From IMG/VR virus record IMGVR_UViG_3300045988_095842: a DNA stretch of 64,000 nt; one strand, given 5' to 3'. Positions 23,850 to 33,017 of this stretch are shown in pieces (the first letter of the stretch is position 1; every line of letters begins with the position of its first letter). The notes below the pieces were generated by a model, which made no database searches, was not told where the DNA came from, and saw nothing but the letters and a program-made list of their open reading frames with translations. The DNA comes from a virus. A program made the translations under genes and the position numbers.

Positions 23850-24427
23850 GATCCGTTACCTCCTCCCGGAAAGCTTCCGGTGCATGTAATGTCTCCATTG
23901 ACATGCAGATTTCCGTGAATCGTTACGGAGTTCTCTTCGATCACAATCTTGCATCCGGACGTGACTTCAATTTTGTCCTTCCAGATTTTGACCTTTGCAT
24001 TGCTGTTCTTGACTACGATAGCATCATCCTTGTTGGCTTCCTTCTGTGCTTCCACAGCACCCTTCTGGAGCCCAGGAACAGCCATCGCGTTCTGCAATTC
24101 AAATCTTTCATCCATCTGGTCATTTGACGTATCTGTGAGCCACGAAGACACAGACTGCTCTGCACAGGTCATCATGACGGTATCACCCTTTTTGATCGGT
24201 GATACGCAAGCACATTCCTTGCCAGCATTCAGCACCAGCGGAACAGCCGGAACAATCGGATACTCAAGCTCAATACCACTCACGTAGTAAGATCCAAGCG
24301 GCTGCAGATCAACAAGCCCCTTCTTCTCATCAATGCTGACGATTTTGGCCGGCATCGAAGTATGCAGACTGGAATTCATAACATCCTTGATCGTATTTTC
24401 AATCTGCTCTACAAGCTCCTGTATCAT
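23846..24427 (-). CDS. Baseplate assembly/spike protein (P2 gpV / Mu gp45-like)
   Basis: MPAKIVSIDEKKGLVDLQPL...YPIVPAVPLV...GDTVMM; ATGA overlap with hub gene sets start at 24427. Confidence 0.65.
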   Translation of the reverse strand: MIQELVEQIENTIKDVMNSSLHTSMPAKIVSIDEKKGLVDLQPLGSYYVSGIELEYPIVPAVPLVLNAGKECACVSPIKKGDTVMMTCAEQSVSSWLTDTSNDQMDERFELQNAMAVPGLQKGAVEAQKEANKDDAIVVKNSNAKVKIWKDKIEVTSGCKIVIEENSVTIHGNLHVNGDITCTGSFPGGGNGS

Positions 24428-25347
24428 TTCTTCACCTCTATAAGCTGTGCGGTACATTTCCAGTCACCGCCGTAGTTATCTCCGTCCATAGACAGCTTAT
24501 GTACCCGGAAATATCCGCTCACCGTCTTGCTCTTTAAGGAAATCAGGTCATTGACGCCAATTGCAGGATTCAGCAGATAGCTGACCTCATACCCCGGAAT
24601 TCCCTTATCTGCCGTACTGGCAGTGCCTTCCTTCTTGGACTTCGAAGTGGATTTTGACTTCCCGCTGTTCACATTACTGTCACTGATCGTGATCTTCTTC
24701 GGAATACTGATCAGACCAGATTCTGCCGATAACTGATAAGCCTTCGGAACGATTGCTTCCCCGGACTCATAGACCTGCAGGATTCCGTTCTGGATCGAAA
24801 AGGTAAGGCCTGCCTTGCGTAAAACAGCCTGCAATGCTGCCCGGAACTTACCTACATAGCAATATCCGTTATCATATTTTGCAGATTGCAGCTTTTCTCT
24901 GGCCTTTTCCGTGATGATTGCCGAGTCAATCTCCATCTTCTTGACAATCTTGTCCAGCACTTCTGCGCACGTAACCACTCCGTTCATGGAGAGCCACCCT
25001 ACCAGATCGGTATTCGCAAAGCCATCCACCACATCAATTTCCAGATCTCGGTCTGCATTGGAAAGCGTCTCGGACGTGGTGGAAACTGTTCCGCAGAAAA
25101 TCATTCCCATTCCGCTTTCATAGCCTGCCGAAAGCTCCACGTAGCAATCCTTTTTATTGAGTATCGCCTTATGCTCATCACTCAGGTTGCTCAGTGTGAT
25201 CGTGCCTGTATTACTGGCCTGCGTATCTGCTTTTTCCAGCTTAAATGAAATGTGCAGAGGTCTTGAAACCCCTGCACTCTCAATCTTGAAGCCTTCCTTA
25301 CCTTTTGGCCCGGCAACAAATCGGTATTCTCTTATCCATTGTTTCAT
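24424..25347 (-). CDS. Baseplate hub protein (gpD / XkdQ-like)
   Basis: LHISFKLEKADTQASNTGTITLSNLSDEHKAIL..VELSAGYESGMGMIFCGTV pattern of hub proteins; start at ATG 25347. Confidence 0.6.
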   Translation of the reverse strand: MKQWIREYRFVAGPKGKEGFKIESAGVSRPLHISFKLEKADTQASNTGTITLSNLSDEHKAILNKKDCYVELSAGYESGMGMIFCGTVSTTSETLSNADRDLEIDVVDGFANTDLVGWLSMNGVVTCAEVLDKIVKKMEIDSAIITEKAREKLQSAKYDNGYCYVGKFRAALQAVLRKAGLTFSIQNGILQVYESGEAIVPKAYQLSAESGLISIPKKITISDSNVNSGKSKSTSKSKKEGTASTADKGIPGYEVSYLLNPAIGVNDLISLKSKTVSGYFRVHKLSMDGDNYGGDWKCTAQLIEVKK

Positions 25348-25348
25348 G

Positions 25349-25660
25349 TTACAGCTCCCCCGCCTCCGCATAGACCATATGAGCCGTTTTATCACGGAAG
25401 TCCGACTCTCCTACCGTATCTTTCCTGCAAGCACAGAAAAGAGATCCAGACGGAAGATCCGTCCCGGTATAAACCGAAAACAAATCAAAGTACGGAACAA
25501 TTTTCGTCATCGGGATAATCGGTTCCTTCATGCTGTCGTAGATCCCAACCGACCAGAAATCAAACCGGCTGTTATAGGTGAATCGGAGATAATATTCTGT
25601 CTCTCCAAGCGTAATGCTGCTCATGCTGTCATGCTCATCCGGAACAAATATTTCGAACAT
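25349..25660 (-). CDS. hypothetical baseplate-module protein
   Basis: 103-aa ORF between tail genes. Confidence 0.55.
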   Translation of the reverse strand: MFEIFVPDEHDSMSSITLGETEYYLRFTYNSRFDFWSVGIYDSMKEPIIPMTKIVPYFDLFSVYTGTDLPSGSLFCACRKDTVGESDFRDKTAHMVYAEAGEL

Positions 25661-25663
25661 TCA

Positions 25664-26305
25664 TCAACCTCCAAACGACAGGTTTTTCAGTCCAGATGCA
25701 AGCTCATGCAGAATTGATCCATTGCTTCCGGAACCAGAACTGCCAGAACCAGAATTGCCAGAACCAGTGTTCGACGATCCGGAAGATCCGGAACCACTGC
25801 TTCCGGACGATTGTGTGACGGATGCGCTTCCTGTCCCGGTTCTTCCGGTGTCCTTCTTTGTAGTACCGCCCTTTCCAAGTCCTGCAGGGATATCTACCTT
25901 TTCCGAGGATGTCGTAGTGACCTGTGTAAGAGTGATCGGGATTTCCATTGCCATCCCGATATCCTCTGACTTCTTGAACTGCATCTGTTTGATAACCATG
26001 TTTGAGTAAGTCCGGTTGCTCGTGACCACCTCAAGCGGTTCTCTGGATGCATACTGCTTTCTCAGCTTTTCACAGGTCGCGTCGATATGCTCCTCACCGG
26101 TCCCGTGTCTGCTCGCCCATGTGATAGGCGTGGCAGTGAGATAAAGCGTCATTGTGAGCTCCATGGCATCCAGGGCCACGTTGTCACTGATACTCACGCC
26201 GTTCTCCGTCGGATACTGAGGTACAGTTGCAGACATTTGCTCCTGTCTTTCGATTACCGCATCAAACTCTGCTCCATTGATGCTGACAGGCTCTCTTGCT
26301 TTCAT
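25664..26305 (-). CDS. Tail protein downstream of TMP with S/G-rich C-terminal linker
   Basis: Position (XkdP-like slot); GSSGSGSSGSSNTGSGNSGSGSSGSGS low-complexity tail. Confidence 0.55.
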   Translation of the reverse strand: MKAREPVSINGAEFDAVIERQEQMSATVPQYPTENGVSISDNVALDAMELTMTLYLTATPITWASRHGTGEEHIDATCEKLRKQYASREPLEVVTSNRTYSNMVIKQMQFKKSEDIGMAMEIPITLTQVTTTSSEKVDIPAGLGKGGTTKKDTGRTGTGSASVTQSSGSSGSGSSGSSNTGSGNSGSGSSGSGSNGSILHELASGLKNLSFGG

Positions 26306-26308
26306 ACT

Positions 26309-28528
26309 TTACCTCCCTGCCGCCAATCCTCCGGACATCTTTGCGGTTGCGTCCTTCGAATCCTTCGTAAGCTGTTTGCTTGCCGCAACCTGGTTATCTC
26401 TCGTATCGCCATAGAACGAGTTACTGAAGCTGTTTGTCTGATAAATAGTCGCTCCGCTCTTTCCGGCAGCACTCCGAACCGGCATGTTGGCTCCTACTCC
26501 GGAAAGTGCATATCCTGCCGCATTCAGACCGGAAAAGTCAATGTTTGACAGCCCGGCCATCGCTCCGGAAATGATATCCACGATTTTCATCATTGCACTT
26601 TGTGTCGCAGACAGCATCCCGTCCTGTGCTTTGAATGTGCTGTTTCTGGTGTCCTTGTTGGCATTCTTGGTATCTTCCGATGCCTCAGAAACAGGAGGAA
26701 ACAGCTCATCATGGAAGATATTCATTGTGCTGTCATCCACGAAATGCTTAAAGGAATTCCAGGACGCAGCCATCTTGTCACTGAATGTCGAATTGGATTG
26801 ATGCTCACCATTTCCAAATACTCGGTCAACGGAATTCCATGTACGGTTGTACCCGTTCGACATCATCTTCTGACCTGCAGTCGTTGTATCGGTTCCCTGG
26901 TACTTTGACTCAAGAGCATCAATCCGGCTTTGAATTTGGTCTCTTTTCTGCCCCTTTGTGCCCTTGATATCATGGGTAAGCTGCTTATACTCCTTTGCAT
27001 CCGCATTGGACATGCGCTCCGTTCCTTTTGACGTAGCTATATTCTTTTCTCCGGACAGAGCATCGTCCGCACCGGTGATGAAAGCAATAAATCCTGCAGC
27101 AGTCTCCGCAAGCCCTGCAATTGTTTTGAGGGCTTCTTTGATTCCAGTCAGAGTATCAAGAAGCATGTCTCCAGCATCTTTTTCTCCGAAGAACTCCGCA
27201 AGTCCGTCCGCAGCATCTCTGATATCATCGCCGAAATCAGCAAGCTTCTCCTTGGCTCCATCAAAAAATCCTTCAACAGAATCCTTGATCCCGTTCAGCG
27301 TATCCCTGACCTTCTGCTGATCACCTCCGGTAGAATCGATGATGTCTCCAAGAAGCGAATCTCTGCCTTGCATGAATGCTATAAGATCATCAAAGATAAG
27401 GAAAACCGCCGTGACCAGAAGCACCATGCCGGCAAGTTTCAGATTGACTCCTCCAAGAACCGCAGACAGACCTCCTATTTTCGAGATCAGGCCTCCCACT
27501 TTTCCAATCAGTCCATATCCTACGATTGTCCCAATGGCGACAGACAGAAGCTTTAAGGCGTTCTCATATCCTCCGACCATATCTACGGCGCGTTTTCCTG
27601 CATCGTAGACCTTTTTCAGAAGATCCCATCCTTTTTCAAGGCCCTTGTTGATCAGGTCGTAAACCTTGGCCAGCTTTCCACCATTCGTTGCAGAATCCAT
27701 CATTTTCTCTGTCAGAATTCTGATTTTGTCAGCGCCTCGCGCCAGATACGAGTTGAACGTGTAGTAAAGCGGTAGGAGTGCAGAACCGATATTCTCCTTG
27801 ATGTCCTTCTGAATCGCAGAAAGATTCCTCGCCTTGGACTCATATGTGCCCATGGACAGGGCCGCATCGCCGATGACTCCATTCTCTTCACGGAACGCAT
27901 CCGGAGACTGCATGACAATCGAGTGATACCTGACCTGCATCTTTGTGGCTTCGTCAAGATCCTTGAATTTCTGCTTGTATCCAAGATCCTCCATTGCCAT
28001 CGCAATGGTATTATCGTTCAGAACTGCTCCAAGCCTTTTCGCACACTCAGTCTCACCCATCATAGCTTTCGATAGTGCATTAACCGCTTCGTCGTCACTA
28101 ATGTTGTTGAACGATGCGATATTGATAGCCGCAGAGACCATTTCTTCCGACATACTGGCAGCCTGGTCTCTTGCCATTCCAAAACCGACCAAAAGGTTCT
28201 GCTGATCTGCAAGGTACGTTTTGATGGAATTCTTGGATCGTCCAATGGCCTCAGCAAGCTTTCCAGCCCACCGATCCGCTTCGTCACTCAGGTCAAGGAA
28301 AACTGCGTGGAACTTCTCTTCCATCTGCTCAACCGTGGACGCTGCATTCACGGCATCCTTGGCAAAATTCGCAACTCCTGCAATGGTCAGAGTGATCCCA
28401 ACTGCGCCAAGAGCCTTTTTCAATAATCCCTTTAGGGCGCTTGCTTCTGATGTGACTTTTTGTCTGGACGCTTCATCCGTCTGGAAGCCGACTGCTATCA
28501 TCAGCTTTTCGATTATGTTTTCGCTCAA
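26309..28528 (-). CDS. Tape measure protein
   Basis: 739 aa, largest ORF, directly after chaperone pair; TTG start; long helical and G/A-rich hydrophobic segments. Confidence 0.8.
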   Translation of the reverse strand: MSENIIEKLMIAVGFQTDEASRQKVTSEASALKGLLKKALGAVGITLTIAGVANFAKDAVNAASTVEQMEEKFHAVFLDLSDEADRWAGKLAEAIGRSKNSIKTYLADQQNLLVGFGMARDQAASMSEEMVSAAINIASFNNISDDEAVNALSKAMMGETECAKRLGAVLNDNTIAMAMEDLGYKQKFKDLDEATKMQVRYHSIVMQSPDAFREENGVIGDAALSMGTYESKARNLSAIQKDIKENIGSALLPLYYTFNSYLARGADKIRILTEKMMDSATNGGKLAKVYDLINKGLEKGWDLLKKVYDAGKRAVDMVGGYENALKLLSVAIGTIVGYGLIGKVGGLISKIGGLSAVLGGVNLKLAGMVLLVTAVFLIFDDLIAFMQGRDSLLGDIIDSTGGDQQKVRDTLNGIKDSVEGFFDGAKEKLADFGDDIRDAADGLAEFFGEKDAGDMLLDTLTGIKEALKTIAGLAETAAGFIAFITGADDALSGEKNIATSKGTERMSNADAKEYKQLTHDIKGTKGQKRDQIQSRIDALESKYQGTDTTTAGQKMMSNGYNRTWNSVDRVFGNGEHQSNSTFSDKMAASWNSFKHFVDDSTMNIFHDELFPPVSEASEDTKNANKDTRNSTFKAQDGMLSATQSAMMKIVDIISGAMAGLSNIDFSGLNAAGYALSGVGANMPVRSAAGKSGATIYQTNSFSNSFYGDTRDNQVAASKQLTKDSKDATAKMSGGLAAGR

Positions 28529-29249
28529 TGGCGTTCACTCCTTTCCCTGAACTTCGTTGCGTCAATTGCTTCGATGTCCTGCCTCATGGACATTAGCGCA
28601 TAAAGCTTCAACGCCTCGCTCAGCGTATAGTATTCCTTCAGTTCCTGCATGCTTGCATAGCCGTTCTGAATAAGCTGGTACATTCTAAGCTCTAAAGGAT
28701 AGAAACAGTCTCCTCGGAATCTCCCATACTGTTCGAGATCCGGTTCTTCGATGCGGCCTGTCGGCTCCCAAATTGGCTCAGAATTCCAGTAAAAAAATCT
28801 GCGAAATTCAGCTTCACCACATCGAGTGCAAGCATCAGCATGCTGTCAAGTCTTCCGATAAAAAGTTCATCCAGAAGGCTTCTTGTAAGCTTTTCCTGCT
28901 TGCGAACGCCGGTTACTTCGTCGCTGTATTCGCAATTTATATTTCCATACTTGATCAGGAGCTCCGTGAGGATCTTCTGTACATTCTCTCCGCTAAGGGT
29001 TGATAATGCCACATTCAAAGACGGAAGAAGCTCTTCATTTGACATGGACAGCATCCTGTCAATGGAATTCTCTCCGATCTCTTCTACGCTATCCCCTCCT
29101 CCGATAATCGGAATAACCCCGGCAATGATCGGCCCAACAAACTGGGCCAAATCGCCGGAAATCATTGCCGCTGTCATCGCAGGAAAAGGAAAGATTGCAA
29201 AATCAATACCGTCATATGTCACCGTTGTAGGTGTGATGGATTTCAGCAT
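28525..29249 (-). CDS. Tail assembly chaperone GT-like fusion via -1 frameshift at 28791-28797
   Basis: -1 frame is open from the slippery site to TGA 28525-28527 (..FYWNSEPIWEPTG...MYQLIQNGYASMQELKEYYTLSEALKLYALMSMRQDIEAIDATKFRERSERH). Confidence 0.6.
28692..29249 (-). CDS. Tail assembly chaperone (G-like, zero-frame product)
   Basis: Between tube gene and TMP; contains slippery T TTT TTT site near 3' end. Confidence 0.7.
   Translation of the reverse strand: MLKSITPTTVTYDGIDFAIFPFPAMTAAMISGDLAQFVGPIIAGVIPIIGGGDSVEEIGENSIDRMLSMSNEELLPSLNVALSTLSGENVQKILTELLIKYGNINCEYSDEVTGVRKQEKLTRSLLDELFIGRLDSMLMLALDVVKLNFADFFTGILSQFGSRQAASKNRISNSMGDSEETVSIL
28791..28797 (-). promoter_or_regulatory. Programmed -1 ribosomal frameshift heptamer U UUU UUU
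   Basis: Minus strand GA-T TTT TTT-ACT in the zero frame of the chaperone gene. Confidence 0.6.
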
Positions 29250-29272
29250 ATCTGCTCCTCTCTGTTATAGCT

Positions 29273-29692
29273 TTACTCGTTATCGAACTTCGCCTCTGCC
29301 ACAGAGAGCGTCCATTCGCGGTTAGTTGTCTCTTTTCCTCTTCCCCAGGTTCCCATTTTCTGTACCCAGCAGAAATCAGAGGAAAACTTCTCCTTTCCCA
29401 TCAGATCCTTGATAAGAATCGGAAAATGACCGGATCCGTCTTCCTTGTCTTTCTTCCGCATGGCTTCGAGGAACGCACTGGTCGGGGAATTCTGCAGAAG
29501 AGCAAGCGTGATGGTGTATCCATCATCGACGGAGATTGCACGATTAACCTCTCCATCACATCCGGTCTTCTTTGATACGTCATCTCCATCGGCATCAATC
29601 TTGATGAAAGAGTCATCCGCATATCCGGAAACAATGTGGTTCCCCAGCGCAATAATGCACTGCTTTGGATTATATGTATAAGGTGCAGCCAT
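29273..29692 (-). CDS. Tail tube protein
   Basis: 139 aa directly after sheath gene; IIALGNHIVSGYADDSFIKID..GCDGEVNRA..TITLALLQNSPTS pattern of contractile-tail tube proteins. Confidence 0.7.
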   Translation of the reverse strand: MAAPYTYNPKQCIIALGNHIVSGYADDSFIKIDADGDDVSKKTGCDGEVNRAISVDDGYTITLALLQNSPTSAFLEAMRKKDKEDGSGHFPILIKDLMGKEKFSSDFCWVQKMGTWGRGKETTNREWTLSVAEAKFDNE

Positions 29693-29704
29693 AATTCAAC
29701 CTCC

Positions 29705-30775
29705 TTAGTAAGTCAGTGTTCCCTTGATGTAGGCCAGGTTAATTGCTCCAGTAAGTCGCGCTGTAAATGTCACGTTGCGAAGTGTTCTTGACTTCTTTTC
29801 AGCTTTCGAGATTGAAGATGCTCTTGGGACAACAACTTCGTATCCTTTCGTTTTATTTCCGTTTTCATCGGTGATATCGTTGTCGATTGCCCCGTTTTTC
29901 TGTGCTGTTCTAAGCACTTCCTCAATCCTGTTCTGTATTCCGGTGATTCCCTTGTCCGTATACGGAACCTTTTTACTGGCCACCAGGTACGAAAAAACAT
30001 TGTCTCTGATTTCGGATACCAGCCAATCACGAAGTCGGATAATATCGATCCATTCACCGGTACCGACCTTTGCCCCCATTACAATGTCCTTCCCGCCAAC
30101 TGTTACGTAGTATCCGGAAGGTATCTTGTTAAGCTCTGCAATCTTTGCATTTGTCAGGTTGGACGCAGAGATGCCTGACAGAGTTCTGTAATACCAATTC
30201 ACAGATCCAGGATCATACCCGAAGCACTTTGCCATCAGAGCAAGAGCACTGTATTCGGCATCCGTATTCTCTTCCTTGCCTGTGTAATACATGGCGAAAG
30301 TGCGATTGTAGGATGTGATGTCCACCGGAATCTCCGAGCCGGTCCAGCTAAAGCCAAACAGCTTGTTGTTGGCTTCGGCCCATGTTGCTGCCGCCTTCGT
30401 GTCTGTTCCTTCATTGAACCCCACAAGAGCAAATCCGTACCATCCAGTTTCAGAAGTCGCTCTCTCCAGAGTTGTTGCAATCGGCTCATTCGTTGCATCA
30501 CTGTCACCAGCCTGCCGTACGGTCACATAGACCTTCTCCGGTCTTGGATCCTGTGCAAAGGCAATCAGCGCAGCCTTATATGCCTCAGACTCTTCCGTGT
30601 ATCCGTAGTCCGCAAGATCTGATGCACTGGAGATCTCTGCGACAGTCGGGATTGTTATACTTCCGGCATTTTCAGCCTTCGGCACAACAAGCAGAAGTGC
30701 AGAAAAAGAAGCACTCGGATTCATCGGCGCTTCAATCGAAATCTGCACATTTACAATGCTGTCAATATTGCTCAT
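29705..30775 (-). CDS. Tail sheath protein
   Basis: 356 aa immediately upstream of tube gene; N-terminus SIVNVQISIE.. as in DUF3383-type sheaths; synteny. Confidence 0.7.
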   Translation of the reverse strand: MSNIDSIVNVQISIEAPMNPSASFSALLLVVPKAENAGSITIPTVAEISSASDLADYGYTEESEAYKAALIAFAQDPRPEKVYVTVRQAGDSDATNEPIATTLERATSETGWYGFALVGFNEGTDTKAAATWAEANNKLFGFSWTGSEIPVDITSYNRTFAMYYTGKEENTDAEYSALALMAKCFGYDPGSVNWYYRTLSGISASNLTNAKIAELNKIPSGYYVTVGGKDIVMGAKVGTGEWIDIIRLRDWLVSEIRDNVFSYLVASKKVPYTDKGITGIQNRIEEVLRTAQKNGAIDNDITDENGNKTKGYEVVVPRASSISKAEKKSRTLRNVTFTARLTGAINLAYIKGTLTY

Positions 30776-30793
30776 TCAATTCCTCCTTATTTA

Positions 30794-31378
30794 TCATTCA
30801 GACCCCGCGTCTGTTACATCCACGTACTCAATCGTGTAGGGATCTGTGTACATGTCCTTATTTCCGCCCCCGCTTGCGTTAGGAAGCGTTTTGCCGTTCT
30901 GACCATAATCTCCATAGGCTGTGTCTGTAATGCGCACAGAGAGCCCTACCATGGCCCTGTACTGGTACTGTGCTTCACGGATCAGCGCAGACAGATCTCT
31001 TGGGGCCGAAGTGACGGTGATAGCCATTCTGTGCTCCATCTGATATCCCTGTCCTTCTTCCGAATCCAGATAGTCCAGGAAGTCCGTCAAATCGCTCAGC
31101 GAGGTATTCTCGCAGACAATCGCGCTTCCTCCGATGCTTCTTCCCTTCGTGTACAAATTCAGATCAACGCTCAGAACGATGTCTCTGTATGCCACGCAGT
31201 ACCCGTCATCATCCATCGTGATGTTTTCATTGGCCTGTCTGGTCATTCCGGTGAACTGGAGTGTCACATACGGCTCCGGAAGCTTTGCCATTTTTTGTCC
31301 GGCATAAAAAACGTGGCCCTTACCGAAGTAGAAGGCCACCATTTCTCTCAGCTTGTGCTGTGCATCTTCAATTTTCAT
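30794..31378 (-). CDS. Tail completion/terminator-like protein (start at ATG 31378)
   Basis: ATGA overlap with upstream gene and RBS GGAGGG; position before sheath. Confidence 0.55.
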   Translation of the reverse strand: MKIEDAQHKLREMVAFYFGKGHVFYAGQKMAKLPEPYVTLQFTGMTRQANENITMDDDGYCVAYRDIVLSVDLNLYTKGRSIGGSAIVCENTSLSDLTDFLDYLDSEEGQGYQMEHRMAITVTSAPRDLSALIREAQYQYRAMVGLSVRITDTAYGDYGQNGKTLPNASGGGNKDMYTDPYTIEYVDVTDAGSE

Positions 31379-31737
31379 ATTCCCTCCGGAGGATCGCCAG
31401 CATTCGTGCATTCCACGAACGTGCTTGTCCAATGCTTCAGGAAAGTATTTTCGCTCAGTCTGGACGATCTGCACTCGAACCACTTCCCCTGAAACCAGAT
31501 CCGGTCTCCAAGGTTTCCATTCTCTGATGCAACCTTCATCTCACAGTCTGTGAACACCTTGATCTTCTGCAGCCCAATATCACCATCCAGTCCGGTTGAC
31601 ACCGAATTGTCCATTGTCTGCACATCCGCAAGCATGTAAAGATCCTCAAAGGCCGGCACGTTGTAGCCATCCGCCTCTACGGTTCCTGTGCATCGCCTGA
31701 TCAGCCTTTTCTTTTTCCAAAGTGGTAAACCCATCAT
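31375..31737 (-). CDS. Head-tail joining protein-like
   Basis: 120 aa in connector block; DRIWFQGKWFEC pattern. Confidence 0.5.
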   Translation of the reverse strand: MMGLPLWKKKRLIRRCTGTVEADGYNVPAFEDLYMLADVQTMDNSVSTGLDGDIGLQKIKVFTDCEMKVASENGNLGDRIWFQGKWFECRSSRLSENTFLKHWTSTFVECTNAGDPPEGI

Positions 31738-32225
31738 TCCTCCTTCGGCGTGATCTCGTAAACGATGCTCTGTCTCATGTGTCCGGTATCAATCAGGGGC
31801 TTGCTTGATCCTTTATGTGCCACTGTAGACGGCGCATTCGGCTCAAATTCGCCATCTCGGATCTCTGCCTGCATTCTTCCCTTCACGTATGATCCGATGC
31901 CATTCAGGGCCATCTGAGCGCTCATGGAGCCAGTCACAACGCCTTTCGCCCGGTTCTGCACAAACTTTGTAATCTTTTCGCGCTGGTTTGTAAGTGTCTG
32001 CCGCATAAAAGGTCTGGACGGAGAATGCTCTGTACCGAACTCGTTCCATGCAGCAACCTGAGCAACCGATACGCCATCAACCTTCTTCCGCTTACCCTTC
32101 ACCTTGACTTTATATGGCTTAGAACTGTCATTAAAGCCAACATTGACCTGAAGTGCTGCAAGCTCTTCCAGGTTCCTTTTCAGTGCTGCGCCGGCAGCCG
32201 TTTCTTTCCCGCCAAACATTGTCAA
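31734..32225 (-). CDS. HK97 gp10-like head-tail connector protein
   Basis: WNEFGTEHSPSRPFMRQT motif. Confidence 0.6.
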   Translation of the reverse strand: MTMFGGKETAAGAALKRNLEELAALQVNVGFNDSSKPYKVKVKGKRKKVDGVSVAQVAAWNEFGTEHSPSRPFMRQTLTNQREKITKFVQNRAKGVVTGSMSAQMALNGIGSYVKGRMQAEIRDGEFEPNAPSTVAHKGSSKPLIDTGHMRQSIVYEITPKEE

Positions 32226-32230
32226 TCACC

Positions 32231-32668
32231 TCAATATCCAGGAATCGGTTCCCCTGCAGAAACAATCGGGATGATTGCATTCCGCTTCAGTGTCAGAAAC
32301 TCAATTCCGTAGATCGTAAGACCATACTCAGACTCGGCATCTGCGGTAGAAACCACACTTCCAAATGAAACAGAAGTCTCACCCTCTGATGCAGAAGAAA
32401 CGCGGAGGGCAGCTCCCATGGACCCAAAGCCATCATCCTCGCCCTTATCCATCATCTTCAGCTTGTGTGCTGTCAGATAGGCAAGAGCCTTCGTATAGGA
32501 CTTTCCGAAGCGTTTCTCAGATATCTGATCGTGGAATAAGTCGATGTAGGTCTTTACTCCGTACTCGGTTCTGTCATCCTGCGGAGTGTCTTCATCTGGG
32601 ATGTGAGCAAACTCACCGGCAACGATCCGAAAAATTTTAAGCGTTTCGTTCAAAGTCTTTTCGTCCAC
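32231..32668 (-). CDS. Head-tail connector (DUF4054-like)
   Basis: FGKSYTKALAYLTAHKLKM pattern; position after MCP. Confidence 0.5.
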   Translation of the reverse strand: MDEKTLNETLKIFRIVAGEFAHIPDEDTPQDDRTEYGVKTYIDLFHDQISEKRFGKSYTKALAYLTAHKLKMMDKGEDDGFGSMGAALRVSSASEGETSVSFGSVVSTADAESEYGLTIYGIEFLTLKRNAIIPIVSAGEPIPGY

Positions 32669-32728
32669 TGTTTCCTCCCATCAATACAAATGGGCCTGCC
32701 GGCATTCCAGCAGACCCTATCGTTTGTG

Positions 32729-32995
32729 TCAGAGAACTTCCTTCGGCTTTCTGCCGCGGGGCTTCTTAACCTCTTCGACGCTCTCCGCTGTCTCTACAGT
32801 GCTCTCCGCAGCCTCTTCAACACTATCAGTATCGGTCTCCTCGATCTCTGCCAGACCGCAGTCTTCAAGCGTCTTCACGACAGTCTTCATATCATTTTCA
32901 ACCATAACGGACTCATCAGGAAGGATGGAGACGTTCTCCCCATCCTCCCCTCTGAATCCAACCACCTTGTTACTTGTGTTCGTTACCTTCAGCAT
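32729..32995 (-). CDS. hypothetical acidic head-module protein
   Basis: 88-aa ORF downstream of MCP. Confidence 0.55.
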   Translation of the reverse strand: MLKVTNTSNKVVGFRGEDGENVSILPDESVMVENDMKTVVKTLEDCGLAEIEETDTDSVEEAAESTVETAESVEEVKKPRGRKPKEVL

Positions 32996-33017
32996 AGGGT
33001 CTACTCCTTTTCTGTAA

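Noticed and set aside
25720-25810. Repetitive CCAGAACC/GGAACC-type DNA that could be mistaken for a tandem repeat or array
   Set aside because: It lies in frame inside 25664..26305 and encodes a Ser/Gly-rich linker (GSSGSGSSGSS..). It has no spacer-like unique segments.
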